Sequence record: DRR378314_1411
DNA: 57,248 nt
Direction: 5' to 3' (one strand)
Within the stretch, counting starts at the first letter, position 1. The number at the start of each line of letters is the position of its first letter. Below, piece by piece: positions 49,586 to 57,248 of this stretch. Both the position numbers and the translations under genes were made by a program. The notes under the pieces were generated by a model. The model was not told the DNA's origin. It saw nothing but the letters and a program-made list of their open reading frames with translations, and made no database searches.

Positions 49586-50080
49586 TTACGGATTTAATAT
49601 GGTTCTTAATTTGTTTTTTACCCTGCTCATCTTCACTCTGGCATTTACTTCGGAAATACCCAAAGTTTCGGCTATCTCGGAATAATCCTTGTCTTCCAGA
49701 TATAGAAAAACCAAAGCTTTGTCAATATCGCCAAGCTGTTTAACGGCGTCGTACATCAGTTTTAACTGGCGTTCCTCCGTATCGTCATACTCCGTTGCCT
49801 TGATTTTGTAGAGGACCGAATCAAAATCCTGGGTCTTCACCCTTTTTTTTGATTTTCTGTACAAGGTTATGGCCGTATTCAATGCCACACGGTACATCCA
49901 TGTGCTGAACTTGGCGTCGCCCCGAAACTTTGGGTATGCTTTCCACAACTGAATAGTGATTTCTTGGAACAGATCGTTATGGGAATCTTTGTCGTTGGTA
50001 TACAGACTGCACACCTTGTGGACAATATTCTGATTGTCCTCAAGTTCCGTTACAAAACGATGTTCCAGTTCCTTGTTCAC
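49586..50080 (-). CDS. ECF RNA polymerase sigma factor
   Basis: DLFQEITIQLWKAY..FSTWMYRVALN (region 2); YSEIAETLGISEVNARVKMSR (region 4); GTG start. Confidence 0.95.
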   Translation of the reverse strand: MNKELEHRFVTELEDNQNIVHKVCSLYTNDKDSHNDLFQEITIQLWKAYPKFRGDAKFSTWMYRVALNTAITLYRKSKKRVKTQDFDSVLYKIKATEYDDTEERQLKLMYDAVKQLGDIDKALVFLYLEDKDYSEIAETLGISEVNARVKMSRVKNKLRTILNP

Positions 50081-50110
50081 TAAGCGGTTGGTAAGTTTGC
50101 TTTATGTATT

Positions 50111-50137
50111 AGTCTGCACCAAGCAGCTTTTGTTACA
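50111..50137 (-). promoter_or_regulatory. Candidate ECF-type (autoregulatory) promoter
   Basis: On the - strand TGTAAC-N16-AGACT(AATA), 30 nt upstream of the sigma start. Confidence 0.5.
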
Positions 50138-50153
50138 ATGCGCGATAAAAAAT

Positions 50154-51581
50154 CTATTTACGATAGTCCAAAGCAGGTGGCCTGTTGCCCAACATCGGGA
50201 CATACTTGAAGTCTTTCCCCCTTCTTTCCTCTAATTCCTTTTTGGCAGCTTCTACCGTCTTCGGATTTTCAAAAATATCCATAGCGGTGAGCGCCAAAGT
50301 TTTGGCGGCGACCATCATTCCCTTGGAGCCAATACTCATGCCACCGGCTGCAACGGCTTGCCAGCTGTGTGCAGGCGTTCCCGGGACCCAGGTTGCGGTG
50401 CCCAGACCGGCGGTCGGAACAGTAAAGCTCACATCACCAACATCGGTGGAACCAAATGCTTCGGCGATTTCTTTATACGGTTGAACGGTTTCCGCAACTT
50501 CCATGTTCAGGCTTTCGTTGCCCAAGCTTTTTGATATTTTCTCGGCGAAGGCCTTTTCCTCTTCATTATAAGTGATACCGCCAACTTTTACCAGATTGTC
50601 GTACATCATTTTTTGTAAGGTAAGGTTGGGAAGCAGTTCATGGGTTCCTCCTATCATTTCGTATTCCATGGTAGTGCCCGTGCCCAAGGCTGCTCCTTCG
50701 GCAGCTTTTACCATTCTATCAAAGATATCCACGACCACATCCCTTGTACTGTGCCTTGCGTAATAGTACACTTCAGCAAAATCGGGAACTACGTTCGGGG
50801 CCTTGCCGCCATCGGTGATCACATAGTGGATTCTGGCATCTTCGGGAACATGCTCCCGCATCATGTTCACCATATAGTTCATGGCCTCCACACCATCCAA
50901 TGCGGAACGTCCCATTTGTGGTGCCGCTGCTGCGTGTGCAGAAATGCCATGGAATCTGAATTTTGCCGATTTATTGGCCAAAGCAGCACCTGCACTTGCG
51001 GCATTTGCAGAACTTGGGTGCCAGTGCAACGCAACGTCCACATCATCAAAAGCACCTTCGCGCACCATGTACACCTTTCCTGACCCACCTTCCTCGGCTG
51101 GGCACCCATAAAATCGGATGGTTCCTTTTATGTTGTTGGCTTTCATCCAATCCTTTACGGAAATGGCCGCAGCTGTGGATGCGGTTCCAAACAAGTGGTG
51201 ACCACAGGCATGTCCGGCTTCTCCACCGGCTGATTTTTTCTCGGGAACGGCCTCTTGGGACAGGCCGGGCAGGGCATCATATTCGCCCAAAATACCTATA
51301 ACGGGATAGCCGGAGCCATACTCGGCCTTAAAGGCAGTTGGAATGCCGGCAATTCCAGTCTCTATGGAAAACCCGGCATCGGAAAGGGTTTCTTGCAAAA
51401 GGGCGGAGCTTTGCTCTTCCAGATATCCCATTTCGGCCAAGTTCCAAATTTCATGGGCAATTTCACTATATTTTTCAGACTTTGAATCTAAATTCTTGAT
51501 GACATCATTTTTCTTTTTTTGGGCATGAATACCTATGGTGCACAAAAGAAGCAAGGCACCTAAAGGGAGGAATTTTCTCAT
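50154..51581 (-). CDS. M20 amidohydrolase (AbgB, aminobenzoyl-glutamate hydrolase-like) with signal peptide
   Basis: GEYDALPGLSQ, GHACGHHL, PAEEGG, LHWHP, GSTDVGDVS and AHSW. Confidence 0.9.
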   Translation of the reverse strand: MRKFLPLGALLLLCTIGIHAQKKKNDVIKNLDSKSEKYSEIAHEIWNLAEMGYLEEQSSALLQETLSDAGFSIETGIAGIPTAFKAEYGSGYPVIGILGEYDALPGLSQEAVPEKKSAGGEAGHACGHHLFGTASTAAAISVKDWMKANNIKGTIRFYGCPAEEGGSGKVYMVREGAFDDVDVALHWHPSSANAASAGAALANKSAKFRFHGISAHAAAAPQMGRSALDGVEAMNYMVNMMREHVPEDARIHYVITDGGKAPNVVPDFAEVYYYARHSTRDVVVDIFDRMVKAAEGAALGTGTTMEYEMIGGTHELLPNLTLQKMMYDNLVKVGGITYNEEEKAFAEKISKSLGNESLNMEVAETVQPYKEIAEAFGSTDVGDVSFTVPTAGLGTATWVPGTPAHSWQAVAAGGMSIGSKGMMVAAKTLALTAMDIFENPKTVEAAKKELEERRGKDFKYVPMLGNRPPALDYRK

Positions 51582-51673
51582 GGGTTGAAGTTTTTTTGAG
51601 TTAGACTTTAAAGATATGAAAAAACAAACCCCAACACCTATTGTACTAGTATGGAATACTTAAATTTGTGGGT

Positions 51674-52990
51674 ATGTCGAGCATGAACATTCCTCAATCC
51701 AGTTATCCAAGAGTCGTTATTATTGGCGGCGGTTTTGGAGGTATTGCCTTAGCCAAAAAATTAAGTCAAAAAGAAGCACAAGTGGTCCTGTTGGATAAAC
51801 ACAATTATCACAACTTTCAACCATTACTTTATCAAGTGTCCACCGGTGGCCTGGAACCGGACTCCATTGCATACCCCATTAGAAAGGTTTTGCAGGGTTA
51901 CCCTAATTTCTTTTTTAGGTTGGCGCAGGTGCAAGAGGTGAAAACGGATACCAAAAGAATCAAAACCAATATAGGTGAGATTTTTTATGACTATTTGGTA
52001 GTTGCAACGGGGTCGGAAACCAATTTTTTTGGCAACAAAGGCATTGAGAGCAAGGGAATGGCCATGAAAACCATTCCGCAATCCTTGAATTTAAGGAGCC
52101 TGATCTTGGAAAATTTTGAGCAAGCCCTTTTAACCGATGATCTGCACGAGCGAGATGCCTTGATGAATTTTGTGATTGTAGGCGGTGGTCCCACGGGAGT
52201 TGAACTTGCCGGAGCCTTGGCCGAGATAAAAAAAGGAATTTTGCCCAAGGATTACCCAGACCTGGACACGCGAAGGGCTCAAATAAACTTAGTGCAGGGC
52301 AGCGACCGACTTTTGCCCGCCATGAGCGAGGTGGCCTCCCGAAAGGCCGAAAAGTTTTTGGAGGAACTTGGCGTAAATGTTTGGAAGAACATCCGTGTAA
52401 CCGATTACGATGGCAAAAAGGTATCCACAAACACCAAAACAATTTTTGAGGCGGAAACCCTGGTGTGGGCCGCAGGAGTAAAAGCGGTAGCACTAAAGGG
52501 TTTGGATGCTGAAGCCCTTCTTTGTCGAGGCAATAGATTACGGGTGAACGAATTTCATCAAATTGTGGGACTGGAAAATGTTTTTGCCATAGGTGACGTT
52601 GCACAAATGGAGACGGAAGAGTTTCCGCACGGACACCCTATGATGGCTCAACCGGCGATTCAGCAGGGCAGAAATCTTGGGGATAATCTGGTACGCTTAA
52701 TCGAGGGTAAACCTATGAAGCCTTTTGTTTACAAAGATAAAGGCAGTATGGCCACGGTAGGAAGGAACAAAGCGGTGGTGGATTTGCCCAAATTTAAGTT
52801 TCAAGGGGTGTTCGCGTGGTTTGTATGGATGTTCGTGCATTTGTACTTCCTTATTGGTTTCAGGAACAGGGTAGTGGTCTTTATCAATTGGGTCTACAAT
52901 TACATAAGATTTGATCGTGAGGCCCGATTGATCATTCGTCCGTTCAAAAAGCAAAATCGGGTAGAGCGGGATACCTTGATGCAGGATTAA
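51674..52990 (+). CDS. ndh: Type II NADH dehydrogenase-like FAD oxidoreductase
   Basis: IIGGGFGG, FQPLLYQV, VGGGPTGVELAG, VWAAGV, AIGD and YKDKGSMATVGR; start at ATG 51674 or 51683. Confidence 0.9.
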   Translation: MSSMNIPQSSYPRVVIIGGGFGGIALAKKLSQKEAQVVLLDKHNYHNFQPLLYQVSTGGLEPDSIAYPIRKVLQGYPNFFFRLAQVQEVKTDTKRIKTNIGEIFYDYLVVATGSETNFFGNKGIESKGMAMKTIPQSLNLRSLILENFEQALLTDDLHERDALMNFVIVGGGPTGVELAGALAEIKKGILPKDYPDLDTRRAQINLVQGSDRLLPAMSEVASRKAEKFLEELGVNVWKNIRVTDYDGKKVSTNTKTIFEAETLVWAAGVKAVALKGLDAEALLCRGNRLRVNEFHQIVGLENVFAIGDVAQMETEEFPHGHPMMAQPAIQQGRNLGDNLVRLIEGKPMKPFVYKDKGSMATVGRNKAVVDLPKFKFQGVFAWFVWMFVHLYFLIGFRNRVVVFINWVYNYIRFDREARLIIRPFKKQNRVERDTLMQD

Positions 52991-53892
52991 TTTTCCGACC
53001 TTCTCGGGTGAAAATCTTTGAGAACCTGTGTCAAATGTGTACGGTTTACGTGCATGTACACCTCTGTAGTGGTAATACTTTCATGTCCCAACATTTGTTG
53101 TATAGCTCTAAGGTCAGCGCCATTTTCCAAAAGGTGGGTGGCAAAAGAATGCCGAAATGTATGGGGGCTGATGTTCTTTTTTAGTCCAATTTGCTCGGCC
53201 AAACGTTTTACAATGGTAAAGATCATGGCGCGGGTCAGTTGTTTGCCCCTTCGGTTTAAGAAAACAAAGTCCTCATGTTCTTTTTGAATGGGCAAATGTA
53301 CCCTAACTTCTTTCCAATATATATTGATGTATTTTTGGTTTACCCGACTGATCGGGACAAAGCGTTGTTTGTCTCCTTTCCCCGTCACTTTTATAAAATC
53401 TTCTTCAAAATAAAGGTCGGATAGTTTGAGATTGATGAGTTCCGATACCCGAAGACCACAGCCATAAAGGGTTTCCAAAATCGCTCTGTTTCGTTCCCCT
53501 TCAGGTTTGGAAAGGTCTATGGCGGCAATCAATTTGTTTATTTCATCTTCGGAAAGGGTGTCCGGCAACTTTCTTCCAATTTTTGGGGTTTCAATAAGGT
53601 CCATGGGGTTGTCTTCTCTATAATCTTCAAAGACCAGATAGGTAAAAAACCCTTTTAATCCCGATATAACCCGAGCCTGTGTTCTTGGGCTCACTGTTTT
53701 GGCGATAGCATAAATAAATTGCTGGACTATTTCTCGAGATATCTCCACTGGCTTCTCATCAATGGAACTGGCCTCAAGAAAATGGACGAGTTTTTGAAGG
53801 TCCATAACATAACTTGAAATAGAATTTTGGGAAAGCCCCCTTTCTATCTTCAAATAATTTTGGTAGTCTTTTATTGTTTGCTGCCAGTTCAT
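52987..53892 (-). CDS. xerD: Site-specific tyrosine recombinase XerD
   Basis: ERGLSQNS, LYGCGLRVSEL, GKGDKQR and SPHTFRHSFATHLLENGADLRAIQQMLGHESITTTEVY. Confidence 0.9.
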   Translation of the reverse strand: MNWQQTIKDYQNYLKIERGLSQNSISSYVMDLQKLVHFLEASSIDEKPVEISREIVQQFIYAIAKTVSPRTQARVISGLKGFFTYLVFEDYREDNPMDLIETPKIGRKLPDTLSEDEINKLIAAIDLSKPEGERNRAILETLYGCGLRVSELINLKLSDLYFEEDFIKVTGKGDKQRFVPISRVNQKYINIYWKEVRVHLPIQKEHEDFVFLNRRGKQLTRAMIFTIVKRLAEQIGLKKNISPHTFRHSFATHLLENGADLRAIQQMLGHESITTTEVYMHVNRTHLTQVLKDFHPRRSEN

Positions 53893-54118
53893 GCCATCAA
53901 ATATAGTGACATTCCATTTTCAAGATTGATTAAAACCGTGCATCGGTCAACTCAAAATGCCCTTTGGTCAATTGGGGCAAATAAAAACCATAAGTTTCAA
54001 TATTTTTCAATTTGAAATGGAAAGGATGAAAATTACAAATGTCCATTTTGTAGGAAAATTATATAAAAAGGCACTTTTTTGGTGATGATGACGTTCTGTT
54101 GTTAATAAAATTTTAACA

Positions 54119-54643
54119 ATGAAGAAAAAGACATTTGTATTGGTGATCATCGCCTTGGTTACCGTAAGCTTTTCATCCGTGGCACAACGAGTGGACCGGA
54201 CAAATTTTAAAGCGGGGATTCACGCAGGAGTGCCCTTCGGTGATATTTCTGATTTCTCAAATTTTGAAATTGGACTCGATTTGGGGTATCATTGGGGAGT
54301 GTCGGAACTTATAGATGCAGGTATCTCGACAGGATTTATGAATGCCTTTATAAATAATGATACGGTGGATCTTGGACCGGTGGAAGTGGAAGGAGACTTT
54401 CCGAACATCCAATATATTCCTGTGGCAGGGGCCTTTCGGATTTACCCGACCTACGATTTTAAATTGGGTGCGGATGTAGGTTATGCAGTCGGAGTAAATG
54501 AGGGGAACACGGGAGGACTTTATATAAGACCCATGGTCGGGGTAAACATAAGCAGTAATACCGAACTAAATATTTCTTATGTGAAAATAAGCGATGATTA
54601 TGATTTTTCAATGGTAGCGTTAGGAATTCTGTTTTTGTTTTAG
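54119..54643 (+). CDS. Small outer-membrane beta-barrel protein
   Basis: Signal peptide; GVPFGD, YIPVAG, GADVGYAVG and GGLYIRPMVG; terminal Phe. Confidence 0.8.
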   Translation: MKKKTFVLVIIALVTVSFSSVAQRVDRTNFKAGIHAGVPFGDISDFSNFEIGLDLGYHWGVSELIDAGISTGFMNAFINNDTVDLGPVEVEGDFPNIQYIPVAGAFRIYPTYDFKLGADVGYAVGVNEGNTGGLYIRPMVGVNISSNTELNISYVKISDDYDFSMVALGILFLF

Positions 54644-54720
54644 AATGAAAGAATAGCTTTAATTAGCCCCAAATCTTACAGTAGAAACTATGAATATTAA
54701 CCACTTAATACACTTAACAA

Positions 54721-55185
54721 ATGAAAAAATTACTTTTAGTATTGGCATTTTTGATGCTTGGCAATATGGCCATTAAAGCTCAAACCAGTTACAGAGCTGC
54801 ACTTGGGTTGGGAATAGATCTTTATGATGAAGCTACCTTTTTTGGGGCATCTGGGAAATACTTTTTCTCCGATAACCATGTGGGGCAAGCAGATTTGGGT
54901 TTTGAGGATAATGCCACCATAGCCACATTTTTGTATTCTTTCCACAAAGGATTTTTTAGGGCACCCGGCTTGCGCTGGTATGCAGGTTTGGGACCAAGTA
55001 TTATTTTTATAAAAAACTCCGATAATATTTTTGCGCTACGCCCACATCTGGGACTCGATTTTAAGATTGATGGGGTACCGCTTGTACTCAATTTTGATTG
55101 GAGGCCTTCTGTGGTGCTTAGTGATGTTGGTGAGAACCAAGCGGCCGCTTTTGGATTCGGTCTGCAATTTGCCATCAACAATTGA
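54721..55185 (+). CDS. Small outer-membrane beta-barrel protein
   Basis: Signal peptide; GLRWYAGLG, LGLDFK..PLVLNFDWRP and FGFGLQF. Confidence 0.78.
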   Translation: MKKLLLVLAFLMLGNMAIKAQTSYRAALGLGIDLYDEATFFGASGKYFFSDNHVGQADLGFEDNATIATFLYSFHKGFFRAPGLRWYAGLGPSIIFIKNSDNIFALRPHLGLDFKIDGVPLVLNFDWRPSVVLSDVGENQAAAFGFGLQFAINN

Positions 55186-55206
55186 TGAAAAAAGCAACAG
55201 CATATT

Positions 55207-55237
55207 AAGGGTGGGTATATCCTGCCCTTTTCTTTTT
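55207..55237 (+). terminator. Intrinsic terminator
   Basis: AAGGGTGGG-TATAT-CCTGCCCTT (two G-U pairs) followed by TTCTTTTT. Confidence 0.65.
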
Positions 55238-55254
55238 ATTGTATTTTTGATGGC

Positions 55255-55671
55255 ATGAAACTAATGATCATCAACGGACCCAACCTCAATTTACTTGGGA
55301 AAAGAGAGCCCGAAGTATACGGGAAAACTACTTTTGAAGATTACTTAAAACAATTACAGGAAAAGTTTCCTGATGTTGAGCTGGAATACTATCAGTCTAA
55401 CATTGAAGGTGAACTTATTGGTAAAATACAAGAAGTTGGTTTTGATTACGACGGTATCGTTCTAAATGCCGCTGCCTATACGCATACTTCTGTAGGCATT
55501 GGCGATGCAGTTAAGGCGGTGGAAACCCCAGTAATCGAGGTGCACATTTCCAATACGCACCAGCGTGAGGAATATCGTCACGTTTCGTACATATCACCTG
55601 GGGCCAAAGGCGTTATCCTAGGCTTTGGACTCCAAAGCTATGATTTGGCCATCCAGAGTTTCTTAAGCTAA
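55255..55671 (+). CDS. aroQ: Type II 3-dehydroquinate dehydratase
   Basis: INGPNLNLLGKREPEVYG, QSNIEG, NAAAYTHTS and EVHISN. Confidence 0.97.
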   Translation: MKLMIINGPNLNLLGKREPEVYGKTTFEDYLKQLQEKFPDVELEYYQSNIEGELIGKIQEVGFDYDGIVLNAAAYTHTSVGIGDAVKAVETPVIEVHISNTHQREEYRHVSYISPGAKGVILGFGLQSYDLAIQSFLS

Positions 55672-55944
55672 ATTCTTCAGGTATTTTTTATCGGCGTAGA
55701 AAGTTCCGAAGGGTAATAGCGATGCTATAAAAAGAATGATGAATCTTTTCAGCTTCCATTTTCTTTCCCAACAAAAAATTACGGCCACCACTACATATAG
55801 AATAAACAATATTCCATGTGCCATACCAACAACTTGGTTCGGTTCGGGAATATCTGCCCAATGCTTCAACGGCATGGTCATTCCGAAAAGGAGTAGATAG
55901 GAAATACCTTCTAAAATAGCAGTGGCCCTAAAAATTTTAAGCAT
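55663..55944 (-). CDS. DUF3817 family membrane protein
   Basis: FRATAILEGISYLLL, GMAHGILFILY and ASLLPFGTF. Confidence 0.85.
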   Translation of the reverse strand: MLKIFRATAILEGISYLLLFGMTMPLKHWADIPEPNQVVGMAHGILFILYVVVAVIFCWERKWKLKRFIILFIASLLPFGTFYADKKYLKNLA

Positions 55945-55995
55945 GAGTTTATGTATGTTAACCTGTTTTTTTTGTGAAAAATGTAGCTAAAAACA

Positions 55996-56101
55996 GTCAA
56001 TTCAAGTAAAATTCCCAAGGGATTTTGTATCGAGAATCGTTTTTGGCATGACATTTTGGTTCTTGATACAATTTTTCTTTCGAAAAATCACTCGAACCGA
56101 C
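55996..56101. repeat. REP/REPIN-like cruciform element, copy 2
   Basis: GTCAATTCAAGT-hairpin-GTATCGAGAA ... TTCTTGATAC-hairpin-ACTCGAACCGAC; same layout as 37246-37365. Confidence 0.7.
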
Positions 56102-56120
56102 AAAAATGTTGGCTCAATTA

Positions 56121-57248
56121 TTATAGGTGGATTACTTCATCATAAGCATCGGCAACGGCTTCCATTACCGCTTCGCTCATGGTTGGGTGCGGGTGTACTG
56201 CTTTAAGTACTTCGTGACCGGTAGTCTCCAATTTTCTGGCAACAACGGCTTCAGCAATCATATCGGTTACACCAACCCCGATCATATGGCAACCTAACCA
56301 CTCACCATATTTGGCATCGAAAATTACTTTCACAAAACCATCTGGGGTTCCTGCAGCTTTCGCTTTACCACTGGCAGAGAAAGGAAATTTTCCAATTTTA
56401 AGGTCGTATCCTTTTTCTTTGGCTTGCTTCTCTGTCAAACCAACAGAGGCTATTTCGGGGATACAATACGTACATCCTGGAATGTTACCATAATCCAAGG
56501 CTTCAACGTGCATACCTGCCAGTTTTTCCACACAAAGGATACCTTCGGCGGAGGCAACGTGAGCCAAAGCTTGTCCGGGGGTGACATCGCCAATGGCATA
56601 GTATCCGGGAATGTTGGTCTGATAGTAATCGTTTACCAATATTTTATCTCTGTCTGTAGCGATTCCAACATCCTCCAAACCAATGTTTTCGATGTTTGTT
56701 TTGATGCCAACGGCAGAAAGTACGATGTCAGCTTCAAGAACTTCTTGGCCTTTTTTGGTTTTTACGGTAGCTTTTACCCCATCCCCAGAAGTGTCAACTT
56801 TAGTGACTTCGGCGGAAGTTTTAATCTTTACTCCTGATTTTTTGAAGCTGCGCTCCAATTGCTTGGATACATCTTCGTCCTCAACAGGAACAATGTTCGG
56901 CATATATTCCACTACGGTTACCTCGGTACCCATGGAGTGATAGAAGTAAGCGAACTCCATACCAATGGCACCACTACCTACCACGATCATTTTCTTGGGT
57001 TGCTTTTTCAAGGACATGGCCTCTCGATAACCGATTACCTTTTTTCCATCTTGTGGAAGACTTGGCAACTCACGACTGCGAGCTCCTGTCGCGATTATAA
57101 TATTGTCGGCTGAATACTCGGTGGTGTCACCGTTTTCAGCTTTTACTTCAACTTTTTTGCCTGGTTTTATCTTTCCAAATCCGTTGATAACCTCAATCTT
57201 GTTCTTCTTCATCAAAAACTGAACACCTTTGCTCATTCCATCGGCAAC
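56121..57248 (-). CDS. lpdA: Dihydrolipoyl dehydrogenase, 5' end outside the window
   Basis: IIATGAR, VGSGAIGMEFA, AIGDV, LAHVASAEG and HPHPTMSE; N-terminal redox CxxxxC motif missing because the frame runs off the window. Confidence 0.95.
   Translation of the reverse strand, partial: VADGMSKGVQFLMKKNKIEVINGFGKIKPGKKVEVKAENGDTTEYSADNIIIATGARSRELPSLPQDGKKVIGYREAMSLKKQPKKMIVVGSGAIGMEFAYFYHSMGTEVTVVEYMPNIVPVEDEDVSKQLERSFKKSGVKIKTSAEVTKVDTSGDGVKATVKTKKGQEVLEADIVLSAVGIKTNIENIGLEDVGIATDRDKILVNDYYQTNIPGYYAIGDVTPGQALAHVASAEGILCVEKLAGMHVEALDYGNIPGCTYCIPEIASVGLTEKQAKEKGYDLKIGKFPFSASGKAKAAGTPDGFVKVIFDAKYGEWLGCHMIGVGVTDMIAEAVVARKLETTGHEVLKAVHPHPTMSEAVMEAVADAYDEVIHL

Noticed and set aside
52987-52990. 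Convergent stop-codon overlaps (ndh/xerD TTAA; also 679-690 and 55663-55671)
   Set aside because: Common in compact genomes; no additional signal
52987-53892. Tyrosine recombinase as an integrase marking a mobile element
   Set aside because: Size and motifs fit housekeeping XerD; the neighbours are core genes; no att repeats, tRNA or phage genes were seen
37246-56101. REP-like repeats as a CRISPR array or IS ends
   Set aside because: Only two dispersed copies; no regular repeat-spacer pattern, cas gene or transposase

Overview
This is a gene-dense bacterial chromosomal segment, almost certainly from Flavobacteriaceae (Bacteroidota). That assignment is inferred from recurrent TAnnTTTG (-7) promoter boxes, lack of Shine-Dalgarno motifs, acidic lipoprotein export signals and gene content. 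It holds about 50 CDSs, mostly housekeeping: rlmD, rocD, bshC, pgmB, guaA, pyrG, yidC, mnmA, a type II NADH dehydrogenase, xerD, aroQ and a partial lpdA. It also has the conserved RDD/SpoIIM/DUF4129/DUF4350/MoxR/DUF58 cluster, an ECF sigma with a membrane partner, several surface lipoproteins and small beta-barrel proteins. I saw no rRNA, tRNA, CRISPR array, transposase or prophage. The most interesting signals are non-coding. (1) A ~70-nt candidate sRNA at 5019-5089 has its own consensus promoter and terminator, and its AC-rich core pairs over 12 bp with a GU-rich candidate RNA at 17233-17309. That second RNA is also complementary to AC-rich 5' UTRs in the window, suggesting an sRNA/sponge network. 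(2) An accessory-looking module pairs a transmembrane TPR-LuxR regulator with an orphan 758-aa lipoprotein, with helically phased operator repeats and a two-state structured leader between them. (3) The rlmD/rocD intergenic region contains a structured element. (4) There are two copies of a cruciform REP/REPIN-like repeat. All family names come from motif recognition by eye, not from database searches.
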